From an uncultured Gemmatimonadales bacterium (GTDB lineage Bacteria; Gemmatimonadota; Gemmatimonadetes; Gemmatimonadales; GWC2-71-9): a DNA stretch of 64,000 nt. Shown here one piece after another: positions 36,715 to 46,168 of this stretch (position 1 is the first letter of the stretch; every line of letters begins with the position of its first letter). The notes under the pieces are model-generated. The model was not told the DNA's origin, ran no database searches, and saw only the letters and a program-made list of their open reading frames with translations. The position numbers and the translations under genes are program-made. The stretch covers positions 1,568,001 through 1,632,000 of the forward strand of contig CAWHFW010000005.1 of NCBI GenBank assembly GCA_963828735.1, in the 5' to 3' direction.

Positions 36715-37064
36715 CGCCCTCGGCGCGCCTCCCGCGAGCCCACCGGCTCGCGCGCGCGTCGGACATTCGGCGGTGCCTCGGGCAAGGACGGCGGCGCCGC
36801 TTCGAGCATCTGGACATGATCTGGATGGACAACACGACGGGCCACCCGCGAATGGGACTGATCGTACCGAAGTTCCAGTCGACCGCGGTGGCCCGCAATC
36901 GTCTGCGGCGCCGCCTTCGCGAGATCTGGCGCCAGGATCTCCAGCCACACCAGCCTGCGTGGGACCTGGTCATTCGCGCGCGGCGCGAGGCCTACGGCGC
37001 GGCATTCGACAAGCTTCGGGCCGATCTGCTCGCGTGGCGCCAAGCGGTGCTGCGCCCCGAATGA
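36711..37064 (+). CDS. rnpA: RNase P protein; start non-canonical or uncertain
   Basis: [30 protein letters not shown] (RNR motif), DLVIRAR. Confidence 0.9.
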   Translation: MTPSARLPRAHRLARASDIRRCLGQGRRRRFEHLDMIWMDNTTGHPRMGLIVPKFQSTAVARNRLRRRLREIWRQDLQPHQPAWDLVIRARREAYGAAFDKLRADLLAWRQAVLRPE

Positions 37065-37306
37065 CCGGCATGACGGTGGCGCCGCTCGTTCTCGCACCGC
37101 GCCGAGCGCTCGCCGCGCTCATCCGGGCCTACCAGCGCCTGGTCTCCCCGGCGTTGCCGTCCAGCTGCCGGTTTCATCCGTCCTGCTCCCAGTACGCACT
37201 CGAGGCGGTCACTAGGCACGGCGCCCTCCGGGGCTCGTGGCTGGCCGCCCGTCGCCTCGCCCGGTGTCATCCGTTCCACCCGGGCGGGTTCGATCCCGTC
37301 CCCTGA
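37061..37306 (+). CDS. yidD: Membrane protein insertion efficiency factor
   Basis: [38 protein letters not shown]. Confidence 0.95.
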   Translation: MTGMTVAPLVLAPRRALAALIRAYQRLVSPALPSSCRFHPSCSQYALEAVTRHGALRGSWLAARRLARCHPFHPGGFDPVP

Positions 37307-37323
37307 TCCCGTGACCTGAGCTC

Positions 37324-39021
37324 ATGGACCGACGTACCGTCTGGGCCATCCTTCTGATGATGGTGATCGCCATCGTGCCCGCCATCCTCATCAAGCGCCC
37401 GCCTGCCGCCAAGGCCGGTGCGGCGACCGCTCGTGACACCGCCACGACTGCGGCGCGAGCGCCGGCCGCGGCGCCGGGCCCGAGCGCCGGCGAGGATACG
37501 CTGCGCGCCAGCGCGGACACCTCGGCCCCGTCCGCGTCGGCCGAACCGGCCGTATCCACCGTCTCGGTCACGTCACCGCTCTATACCTACGGCGTGAGCA
37601 CGCAGGGTGGCCGGCTCGTGACCGCCCGGCTCACCCGCTATCGCTCCATAGCTCCCGAGGACGGCGGCAACACCGCCCAGATCCTGCCCAGGGACAGCCG
37701 GCTGCTCGGGCTCACCCTCGTGACGGGGCGCGACACCATCCCGCTCGAGAGCCTGCGATTCACGCCTTCGACCGATTCCCTCGATGCGACCCGCGGCGAG
37801 CCTCTTCGGCTCACAACCACCCGGGGACCGGTCCAGGTGGAGCTCGCCTACACGTTCGCGCCGGACGATTATCGCCTTCAGGTGCAGGGCCGGGTCACGG
37901 GCATCGGTCCCAATGGCGGCACCCTGTTCGTCGGGATGGGACCGACGCTGGCCAACACCGAGGCGAACATCCAGGAGAACCATCGGGCGTTGGCGGTGGT
38001 CACACGGCGGAACGACGCGGAACGGACCGACCTGAGCGGACTCACGCCGGGGCAGCCTAAGACGGTGAGCGGGCCGCTCGACTGGGTGGCCATGAAGTCC
38101 AAGTACTTCGTGACGGGTGTGTTCGCGTACGACAGCACGGGCGGTCACATCAGCGGGGCGAGCGTGACTGCCCGGCCGACGACCGAGAAGCATCCGGTCG
38201 AGGCCGATGTCCGACTCACCATCCCGGTCCCCGCGAATGGCGAGTTCGGCTATACGGCCTACGTCGGCCCGTTGGAGTACGACCGACTCGGCCGCATGGG
38301 CCGGGGCTTCGACGACGTGAACCCGTATGGCTGGCCCGGCTTCCGCACGCTCATCCGTCCCGTGGCGGTCGGCGTCCGCTGGCTGCTGGTCTGGATGCAC
38401 GAGCATCTGAGCCTCGCGTACGGGCTCGTGCTGGTCTTCTTCGGCATCCTCGTCCGGCTGCTGCTGTGGCCGCTCAACCAGAAGGCCATGCGCGCCAACA
38501 TGCAGCTTCAGGCGGTCCAGCCGTTGATGAAGGACATCCAGGAGCGCTACAAGAACGATCCGCAGAAGCTGCAACAGGAGATGTTCAAGCTGTACAAGGA
38601 GTACAACGTCAACCCGCTGGGCGGCTGCTGGCCGATGCTGCTGCCGATGCCGGTGCTGTTCGCGCTGTTCTTCGTCTTCCAGAACACGATCGAGCTGCGC
38701 GGGGCGTCGTTTCTGTGGCTCCCGGACCTCTCGCGGCCGGATCCGCTCTACATCATCCCGGTCATCATGGGACTGTCGATGTATGGGCTCAGCAAGGTGG
38801 GTCAGGTCGGGATGGAGCCGAACCCGCAGATGAAGATGATGCTGTACGTCATGCCCGTCATGATGACCTTCCTGTTCCTCAACTTCGCCTCCGGCCTCAA
38901 CCTGTACTACGCCGTGAGCAACATCGCGAGCATCCCGCAGCAGTGGATGCTCGCGCGCGAGCGCCTGAAGCGTGGGGCGGTAGGCACCGTCCGTCCGCCG
39001 GCCAAGGCCGGCAAAACCTAG
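37324..39021 (+). CDS. yidC: Membrane protein insertase
   Basis: LLWPLNQK, LYKEYNVNPLGGCWPML, LWLPDLSRPDP, ASGLNLYYAVSN. Confidence 0.96.
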   Translation: MDRRTVWAILLMMVIAIVPAILIKRPPAAKAGAATARDTATTAARAPAAAPGPSAGEDTLRASADTSAPSASAEPAVSTVSVTSPLYTYGVSTQGGRLVTARLTRYRSIAPEDGGNTAQILPRDSRLLGLTLVTGRDTIPLESLRFTPSTDSLDATRGEPLRLTTTRGPVQVELAYTFAPDDYRLQVQGRVTGIGPNGGTLFVGMGPTLANTEANIQENHRALAVVTRRNDAERTDLSGLTPGQPKTVSGPLDWVAMKSKYFVTGVFAYDSTGGHISGASVTARPTTEKHPVEADVRLTIPVPANGEFGYTAYVGPLEYDRLGRMGRGFDDVNPYGWPGFRTLIRPVAVGVRWLLVWMHEHLSLAYGLVLVFFGILVRLLLWPLNQKAMRANMQLQAVQPLMKDIQERYKNDPQKLQQEMFKLYKEYNVNPLGGCWPMLLPMPVLFALFFVFQNTIELRGASFLWLPDLSRPDPLYIIPVIMGLSMYGLSKVGQVGMEPNPQMKMMLYVMPVMMTFLFLNFASGLNLYYAVSNIASIPQQWMLARERLKRGAVGTVRPPAKAGKT

Positions 39022-39861
39022 CTATTCGACGATCGCCGTGGTGTCGGGGCGTGACAGGCGCACCCGCATCGAGCGCTGATCGATCGTGAGACGAAAGTGT
39101 CGAAGGGCCCGCGTGCCGATCGTCATCTGCGACGGGATGTCCGGCGGCAACGGGTGCACCGCAATCCTCGGCTGCCGAAACACGTGCCGCCCGAGCTTGA
39201 GGTCACCGGCCAGGCGCGCCTCCTTGATGTCCACCGGCGAGGTCCCGCCGACGATGGCACGGCCCACGACCCGAGGCGTGCCGGCGAAGGCCAGGTGATC
39301 AGCCACCGCTGGCACGGCTTGGAACAGCATCCCGCCCTGCGTATCCACCACCCCGACCTCTCTCACACCGCCAACATCGACCGGTAGGCCGATGAACGGG
39401 CCCACCCGGACCGCCTGGAGAATCTCCAGGCCGTCGGATGGCGGCAGGCTTCCCCTGGACAGGCTCAGTCGCCCGGCGGGATAGTCGACCGTGAGCAGCA
39501 AATCCGCGTACGCCTCGAGGCCCAGAACACCATCCACACCGAGGCGAGCGAACCCGTCGTCCCGCCCGACCCTGAGCCCGCCGATCACCATGTCACCGAT
39601 GCGAAGTGAGTCGAGATGGAACACGGAGTCGGAGCCGTTCACGCCCGCCGATGGGAGCCTCAGCTCGCCGACGATGCGCGTCGCCAGCAGGACGTCGGGC
39701 GAGCCGGTCTCGACCGCCAGGCGGTATGGACCCTTGCCGTTGAGCCTTGCGAGGACCACCGCGCGGTCACCGTCGACCAGCTCGATCGGCACCGCCGTCG
39801 AGTCCGGGCCGCCGAGCGTCAGGGTCGGGCCGAGACCGAGCAGACACACCAGGGCCATCAT
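39022..39861 (-). CDS. Secreted two-domain retropepsin-like protein with altered catalytic motifs
   Basis: NGKGPYRLAVETGS, DGVLG, LTVDY; VVDTQGG, TIG, LTIDQ. Confidence 0.7.
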   Translation of the reverse strand: MMALVCLLGLGPTLTLGGPDSTAVPIELVDGDRAVVLARLNGKGPYRLAVETGSPDVLLATRIVGELRLPSAGVNGSDSVFHLDSLRIGDMVIGGLRVGRDDGFARLGVDGVLGLEAYADLLLTVDYPAGRLSLSRGSLPPSDGLEILQAVRVGPFIGLPVDVGGVREVGVVDTQGGMLFQAVPAVADHLAFAGTPRVVGRAIVGGTSPVDIKEARLAGDLKLGRHVFRQPRIAVHPLPPDIPSQMTIGTRALRHFRLTIDQRSMRVRLSRPDTTAIVE

Positions 39862-39949
39862 GGAAGCCTCGGCAGAAAGGGTTTGCGGCGGATGACGCTA
39901 GCAGGGTGCGTCGGCGCCGAGGACGGTCGCGCGTGATAAGTTCTGTGCG

Positions 39950-41278
39950 ATGCTCACCGATCCCATTGCCGCGCTGGCGACGCCGCCGGGCCGCTCCGCC
40001 CTGGCGGTAATCCGGCTGAGCGGCTCCGGCGCCCTGGAGGTCGCGGCACGGGTCATCGAGCACTTCACGGCCAGCCCGGAACGAACCGCGACCCTCGCCG
40101 CCTTTCATGATGCAGCCGGCGAGACGCTCGACCGCGGCGTCTACACGGTCTTCCGGGGTCCTCGCAGCTATACCGGCGAGGATCTGGTCGAGCTCTCGTG
40201 CCATGGGGGACTCCTGGCGCCAACCCGCGTGCTCTCCGCGCTCTACGAGGCCGGAGCCCGGCCGGCCGCGCCGGGCGAGTTCACCCGGCGCGCGGTACTG
40301 AACGGCAAGCTCGATCTGGTCCAGGCGGAGGCGGTCGGTGATCTGATCGACGCAACCGCGCCCGCCCAGGCCCGCGCCGCGCTCCGGCAGCTCGACGGCG
40401 GCCTCTCGGGGCGCCTCGCCGACCTTCGGCACGCCCTCGTCGAGACCGAAGGATTGCTGGCGTACGACATCGATTTTCCCGGCGAGGACGACGGCCCGGT
40501 GCCTCCGGCTCGTATCGAGGCGGAGATCGCGTCGGTCACGACGCGGATCGAGCGCCTGCTGGACGGGGCGCCCGCCGCGGAGCGGCTGCGCGAGGGCGCG
40601 CTGCTGGTGCTCGCCGGGCGGCCCAACGCCGGCAAGTCGTCGCTGTTCAATGCGCTCCTCGGCAGCGACCGCGCGCTGGTCACCGAAATTCCCGGCACGA
40701 CGCGCGATGCCGTCGAGGCCCACACCGATTTCCTCGGCTGGCCGGTCCGGCTTGTGGATACCGCCGGCCTGTGGGATGCTCCCGACCCGATCGACCGGCT
40801 CGGTGTGGGCGTGAGCCGTCGCTATCTCGCGTCGGCGGACCTGGTGCTGCTCTGCGTCGAGACCGGCCGTGCGCCGGGGCCCGACGAATCCGCGGTTGGC
40901 GCCGACCGGCCGACGCTGCTCGTGCGCACCAAGGCCGATCTCGCGGCCGACGCGCCGGGCGGCGGTGTCCCCGTCTCGGTCATGTCGGGCACCGGCCTGG
41001 GCGACGTGCGACGCGCCGCGGCGGAGCAGGTGTTCGGTGAGCGGATGGCCCTCGTCGACCTCGAGCCGGCCCTCGGCCGGGCGAGGCAGCGGACGGCGCT
41101 CGCCCGGGCGCGCGAGGCGCTCGCCGCCGCGCTCGAGCAGCTCCGGGGCTCAGGCGACTCGGTACTCGTCGCCCACCACGTACGCGAGGCCACCGCTGCA
41201 CTGGACGAGCTGGTCGGGGCGGTGGACATCGAGGACGTGCTGAACCGGGTGTTCGCGAGCTTCTGCGTGGGGAAGTAG
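39950..41278 (+). CDS. mnmE: tRNA modification GTPase
   Basis: IAALATPPG, SYTGEDLVE, GEFTRRA, GRPNAGKSS, GTTRD, DTAG, FCVGK. Confidence 0.97.
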   Translation: MLTDPIAALATPPGRSALAVIRLSGSGALEVAARVIEHFTASPERTATLAAFHDAAGETLDRGVYTVFRGPRSYTGEDLVELSCHGGLLAPTRVLSALYEAGARPAAPGEFTRRAVLNGKLDLVQAEAVGDLIDATAPAQARAALRQLDGGLSGRLADLRHALVETEGLLAYDIDFPGEDDGPVPPARIEAEIASVTTRIERLLDGAPAAERLREGALLVLAGRPNAGKSSLFNALLGSDRALVTEIPGTTRDAVEAHTDFLGWPVRLVDTAGLWDAPDPIDRLGVGVSRRYLASADLVLLCVETGRAPGPDESAVGADRPTLLVRTKADLAADAPGGGVPVSVMSGTGLGDVRRAAAEQVFGERMALVDLEPALGRARQRTALARAREALAAALEQLRGSGDSVLVAHHVREATAALDELVGAVDIEDVLNRVFASFCVGK

Positions 41279-41294
41279 CGCGGAGCGTCGGCGG

Positions 41295-42239
41295 TTACGC
41301 GGTCTGGATGCCTCTCGCCGCATCCTCCGCCGACTGGAAGTCCGACGCCGGTGCCCGCAGCGCGTCGGGAAGCCCTCGCTCGGCGACGAGCGCCTCGGTC
41401 ATCCGATAGCCGAGGTAGTAGCCGGCCCGTTCGGGAAGCACCCGCCCGCCCACGAGACGTGCCGACGGACTCATCCCACCCGAGAGATAGCGCAGCCGGA
41501 GCCCGAGCCCGCTCTGCTCGAGGTCGGGATCCACGACGCGCCGCAGGAAGGCCTCCATCTCCCGCAGCCGGTGATACTGGCGTCGGGGATATCCGAAGTA
41601 GTCGGCCGCATCGAACCCGGGCGCGACCGCCTGCGCGGCGTGGACGGCGAGCCCTTCATTGACGAGGAGCTCCCGCAGCGTCGCGCGACTCCCGGTGGAC
41701 CAGTAGTCGTAGTACCCGCCGGCGTCGGTCACGAGCCGGCGCATGTGGCTCCCGCTGGTGGGCGACGTGTAGCGCACGGTGTGCGCCAGCTCGTGTCCGA
41801 TCCAGAGCGGGATGAGGTCCGGCGGCAAGCCCATCCCATACGTCTCGGGGTTCACGCGTCCGGTGAAGTGCTCCAGGCAGACGAACGCGACGCCCCGGCC
41901 ACCAACGACGAGCTCGCCGGCGTTCGCGCCGCCGAGGCCCACCATGAGGTAGGTGTCCGTCGGGCGGTCCACCTGCAGGATGTCCTCCGCGCGCTCGATG
42001 GCCTCCTCGGCGAGCTGCACGATGTTGACCGAGTCGGCGAGCGTGAGCAGGTCACCGCGATCAGCCCGCAGCGCGGCGGTGATGATCTCGCCGGCGTGCG
42101 GGCTGTCGGGGTCGAGTACGTAGTTGCGCCAGTAGGCGTCGAGGATCGGTCGGTGAGATTCGCGGTACTGCCGATACGCCGCCTCCCGGTCACCGGCGCC
42201 GAGCACCGCGAGAAAATCGGGAAGGAGATTGATCAGCAC
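41295..42239 (-). CDS. Putative Zn-dependent protease (DUF2268-like)
   Basis: HELAH, NEGLA, GYYLGY. Confidence 0.75.
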   Translation of the reverse strand: MLINLLPDFLAVLGAGDREAAYRQYRESHRPILDAYWRNYVLDPDSPHAGEIITAALRADRGDLLTLADSVNIVQLAEEAIERAEDILQVDRPTDTYLMVGLGGANAGELVVGGRGVAFVCLEHFTGRVNPETYGMGLPPDLIPLWIGHELAHTVRYTSPTSGSHMRRLVTDAGGYYDYWSTGSRATLRELLVNEGLAVHAAQAVAPGFDAADYFGYPRRQYHRLREMEAFLRRVVDPDLEQSGLGLRLRYLSGGMSPSARLVGGRVLPERAGYYLGYRMTEALVAERGLPDALRAPASDFQSAEDAARGIQTA

Positions 42240-42298
42240 GGCGCACAATACGAAAGCGGTAGGGAAGACGCAAGAGTCGGCCGACGACGTTGAAGCAC

Positions 42299-42333
42299 GA
42301 AGGGCGGACGGTCCGTGCGACCGCCCGCCCTTC
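42299..42333 (-). terminator. Hairpin after rhomboid gene
   Basis: GAAGGGCGGACGGTC-CGTGC-GACCGCCCGCCCTTC. Confidence 0.65.
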
Positions 42334-42357
42334 CGTATCTTCGCCGTCGTCGACTGT

Positions 42358-43200
42358 CTAGGGATCCTGCTTCTTCTTCCGCGCGACTTCGTCCAAGAAG
42401 TGACGCTCGGCGGCCGTGAGACTGTTCATGCCCTGCTCGCTGATCTTGTCGAGCACCCGGTCCACTTCGGCGGCGACGGGATCGGCCTCCGAGCGGCGGC
42501 GCGGGCGGAGCGGGGCAGGCGGCGTGCGGTGCTCCGGCTCCGCGGCCCCCGACTGCACCATCACGACGCGCTCGACGGCACGGGGCGGCTGACGAGGGCT
42601 GCGGCGGGAAAGTGCCTGGAGGCGAAAGAAGAGATAGCCGAACCCTGCGCCGCCGATGTGGGCGAGGTGTGCGATTCCGTCGTTCGGCGCGACCTGCGAC
42701 AGCACGATGTCGAGACCCACGAGCACCAGAATGAAGGTCCGCGCCTTCACCGGCATCGGCAGCGGGAACACGAGCAGCTCGGCATCGGGCCAGAGCATCG
42801 CGAAGGCGACGCCCACACCGAGCACGGCGCCGGACGCGCCCATGACCGGGACCGCGGCCGACGACATGATGCCGGACAGGAGCAGGCTGAAGACTGCCGC
42901 ACCGATGCCGCAATACAGGTAGAAGAGGAGAAAGGCCCGTCCGCCAAGCCGGTGCTCCACTGCCGGGCCGAACACGAACAGCATCAGCATGTTGGCCAGC
43001 AGGTGCAGAAGCCCCGCGTGCACGAACATGTAGGTGACGAAGGTCCACGGGCGGTGCAGCGCCTCGCCGGGGGCGAACAGCAGCGCGGCCTGGAGCGACG
43101 GAGACGTAAACACCGTCAAGAGCAGGAGCAGCACCACCGCGTTGGCGATGATGAGGCGCCCCACCCATGGGGTCAGTCGGTTGGAGGGAGACAGATTCAT
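42358..43200 (-). CDS. Rhomboid intramembrane serine protease with C-terminal helical domain
   Basis: HLLANM, GASG, AHLAHIGG; VDRVLDKISEQGMNSLT. Confidence 0.92.
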   Translation of the reverse strand: MNLSPSNRLTPWVGRLIIANAVVLLLLLTVFTSPSLQAALLFAPGEALHRPWTFVTYMFVHAGLLHLLANMLMLFVFGPAVEHRLGGRAFLLFYLYCGIGAAVFSLLLSGIMSSAAVPVMGASGAVLGVGVAFAMLWPDAELLVFPLPMPVKARTFILVLVGLDIVLSQVAPNDGIAHLAHIGGAGFGYLFFRLQALSRRSPRQPPRAVERVVMVQSGAAEPEHRTPPAPLRPRRRSEADPVAAEVDRVLDKISEQGMNSLTAAERHFLDEVARKKKQDP

Positions 43201-43235
43201 CGAACCACGCCTTCTACGCTGAGACACCACGACGG

Positions 43236-44285
<1,050 letters not shown>

Positions 44286-44360
44286 CTACGGCTTTCGGAC
44301 CACGGCTTCGGGTTGCGCCGACCTGGGCCGGCTGATCGTCGGGTCCTCCGACGGGCCGAG

Positions 44361-45749
44361 CTACCTCGTCCCGATCAACTGCTGCAGCACGTCGTACCGG
44401 CTCACGATGCCGACGAGCTTCCCGTCCTTGCGCACGAGCGCCGCGGGGCTCTCGCGCGTGAGCATCGCGCCGACCCGGTCCACCGCCGTCCCGGAATCGA
44501 CCTCGGGAAACGGCGGCTCCATCACCTCGCTCACGGGGCGCTCGAGGAGCGCGGGCTGCGCAAGCGCGCGCGTCATGAGCGTGCCCTCGATGAGTCCGCC
44601 GACGGACTGGCCGTTGTCGAGCACCGGAATCTGACTCACGCCCCACGTCGCCATCAGGTTGAGCGCCTGCCGGACGGCCGCCGCCGGAGCCACGCTCACG
44701 ACCGCCGGGGCCCCCTGCGGCCGCCGCTCGAGCAGCTCCTGGACGGTGCTCCGCGGGGTGTCGAGCATCTGATTTTCCTGCATCCAGGCATCATTGAACT
44801 GCTTGGACAGGTAGCGCTCGCCGGTGTCGCACAGGATGGTGACGATGAGAGCGTCGGGGTCAGCCACCTCGCGTGCGAGGTCGAGCGCAAGTGCGACGTT
44901 GAGCCCAGCGGATCCCCCCAGGAGGAGACCTTCCTCCCGGGCGAGCCGGCGAGCCATGAGGAAAGAGGTCTTGTCGGACATCTGGCGGAACTCGTCGATC
45001 CAGTCGAACCACACCGTGGTCGGGATCTTGTCGCCGCCGATGCCCTCGACCTTGTACGGATGGCCCTCCCCCATCGTCCGGGTGCGGTGATAATGGGTGT
45101 AAAGCGAGCCGACCGGATCCCCCGCGATGACCCGGATCTTGGGGTTCTTCTCCTTCAGGTACTTTCCCGCGCCGCTCACCGTGCCGCCCGTCCCGGCGCC
45201 GGCCACGAAGTGTGTGACCCGGCCCTCGGTCTGCTGCCAGATCTCGGGACCAGTCGTGGCGTAGTGGGCGTCGGGGTTCACCTGATTGTAAAACTGGTTG
45301 GCCAGGATCGCGTTGGGGGTATCGTGCACGATCTGCTTGGCCTTCATCACGTAGTGCTCGGGATGGTCGGGCGGGACCGCCGTCGGGGTCACCACCACTT
45401 CGGCGCCGTAGGCCTTGAGCAGGCGCACCTTCTCCATGGACATCTTGTCGGGCATGGTGAAGATGCAGCGGTAGCCCCGGATCGCCGCCGCGATCGCGAG
45501 GCCCACACCGGTGTTGCCGCTCGTGCCCTCGACGATCGTGCCGCCCGGCCGAAGCTCGCCGCGGCGCTCCGCATCTTCGATGATGGCGAGGCCAATCCGA
45601 TCCTTGACCGAGCCGCCGGGGTTGGCGTATTCCGCCTTGCCGTAGATCGGGGTCCGGACGCTGGCGCCGATCCGACCGAGGCGGATGAGCGGCGTCCAGC
45701 CCATGGTCTCGAGCACCGAGTCATACGGGCGGAGGTGTGGAGGCGTCAT
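44361..45749 (-). CDS. Cystathionine beta-synthase (PLP domain plus CBS pair)
   Basis: NPGGSVKDRI, TSGNTG, GAGTGGT, YKVEGIG, C-terminal CBS domains. Confidence 0.92.
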   Translation of the reverse strand: MTPPHLRPYDSVLETMGWTPLIRLGRIGASVRTPIYGKAEYANPGGSVKDRIGLAIIEDAERRGELRPGGTIVEGTSGNTGVGLAIAAAIRGYRCIFTMPDKMSMEKVRLLKAYGAEVVVTPTAVPPDHPEHYVMKAKQIVHDTPNAILANQFYNQVNPDAHYATTGPEIWQQTEGRVTHFVAGAGTGGTVSGAGKYLKEKNPKIRVIAGDPVGSLYTHYHRTRTMGEGHPYKVEGIGGDKIPTTVWFDWIDEFRQMSDKTSFLMARRLAREEGLLLGGSAGLNVALALDLAREVADPDALIVTILCDTGERYLSKQFNDAWMQENQMLDTPRSTVQELLERRPQGAPAVVSVAPAAAVRQALNLMATWGVSQIPVLDNGQSVGGLIEGTLMTRALAQPALLERPVSEVMEPPFPEVDSGTAVDRVGAMLTRESPAALVRKDGKLVGIVSRYDVLQQLIGTR

Positions 45750-46168
45750 GGCGCGCTCGGCGTCCGCGAGTTCCGGAAGTGGATGGGCTGCAGGAACACC
45801 CCGCCTACGGGCCGGCCGTGCCGCAGGGCCGGGGAGAAGCGAAGCCCTGCCGCCCCGCGCACCGCCGCGGAGTCGAGGGCCGGATAGCCGCTCGACTCGG
45901 AGACCCGAGTGGAATCGGGCACGAGGGTGCCGAGGGAGTCGGTGTAGAGCCGAAGGAGGACGCGGCCCTCGATGCCCTGCTCGAGCAGCGGGACCGGATA
46001 TTCCACAGGGCTCACCGGATTGATGGCCACCGGTGGCTGGTCGGCATCGCTCGTCACGGCTACGGGGGCGCTGGTCGAGATCCGGAAGGCTCCGTCGTCC
46101 TCCCGCTTGCAGGCGACGGCCAGCACAACGCCCAATGCGAGCGCGAGGGCCCGCCGGCCGCGCGTCAC
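45746..46168 (-). CDS. Short TonB C-terminal domain lipoprotein
   Basis: AVAC lipobox; YP..GIEGRV..SSGYPALDSAA..FSPA. Confidence 0.8.
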   Translation of the reverse strand: MTRGRRALALALGVVLAVACKREDDGAFRISTSAPVAVTSDADQPPVAINPVSPVEYPVPLLEQGIEGRVLLRLYTDSLGTLVPDSTRVSESSGYPALDSAAVRGAAGLRFSPALRHGRPVGGVFLQPIHFRNSRTPSAP

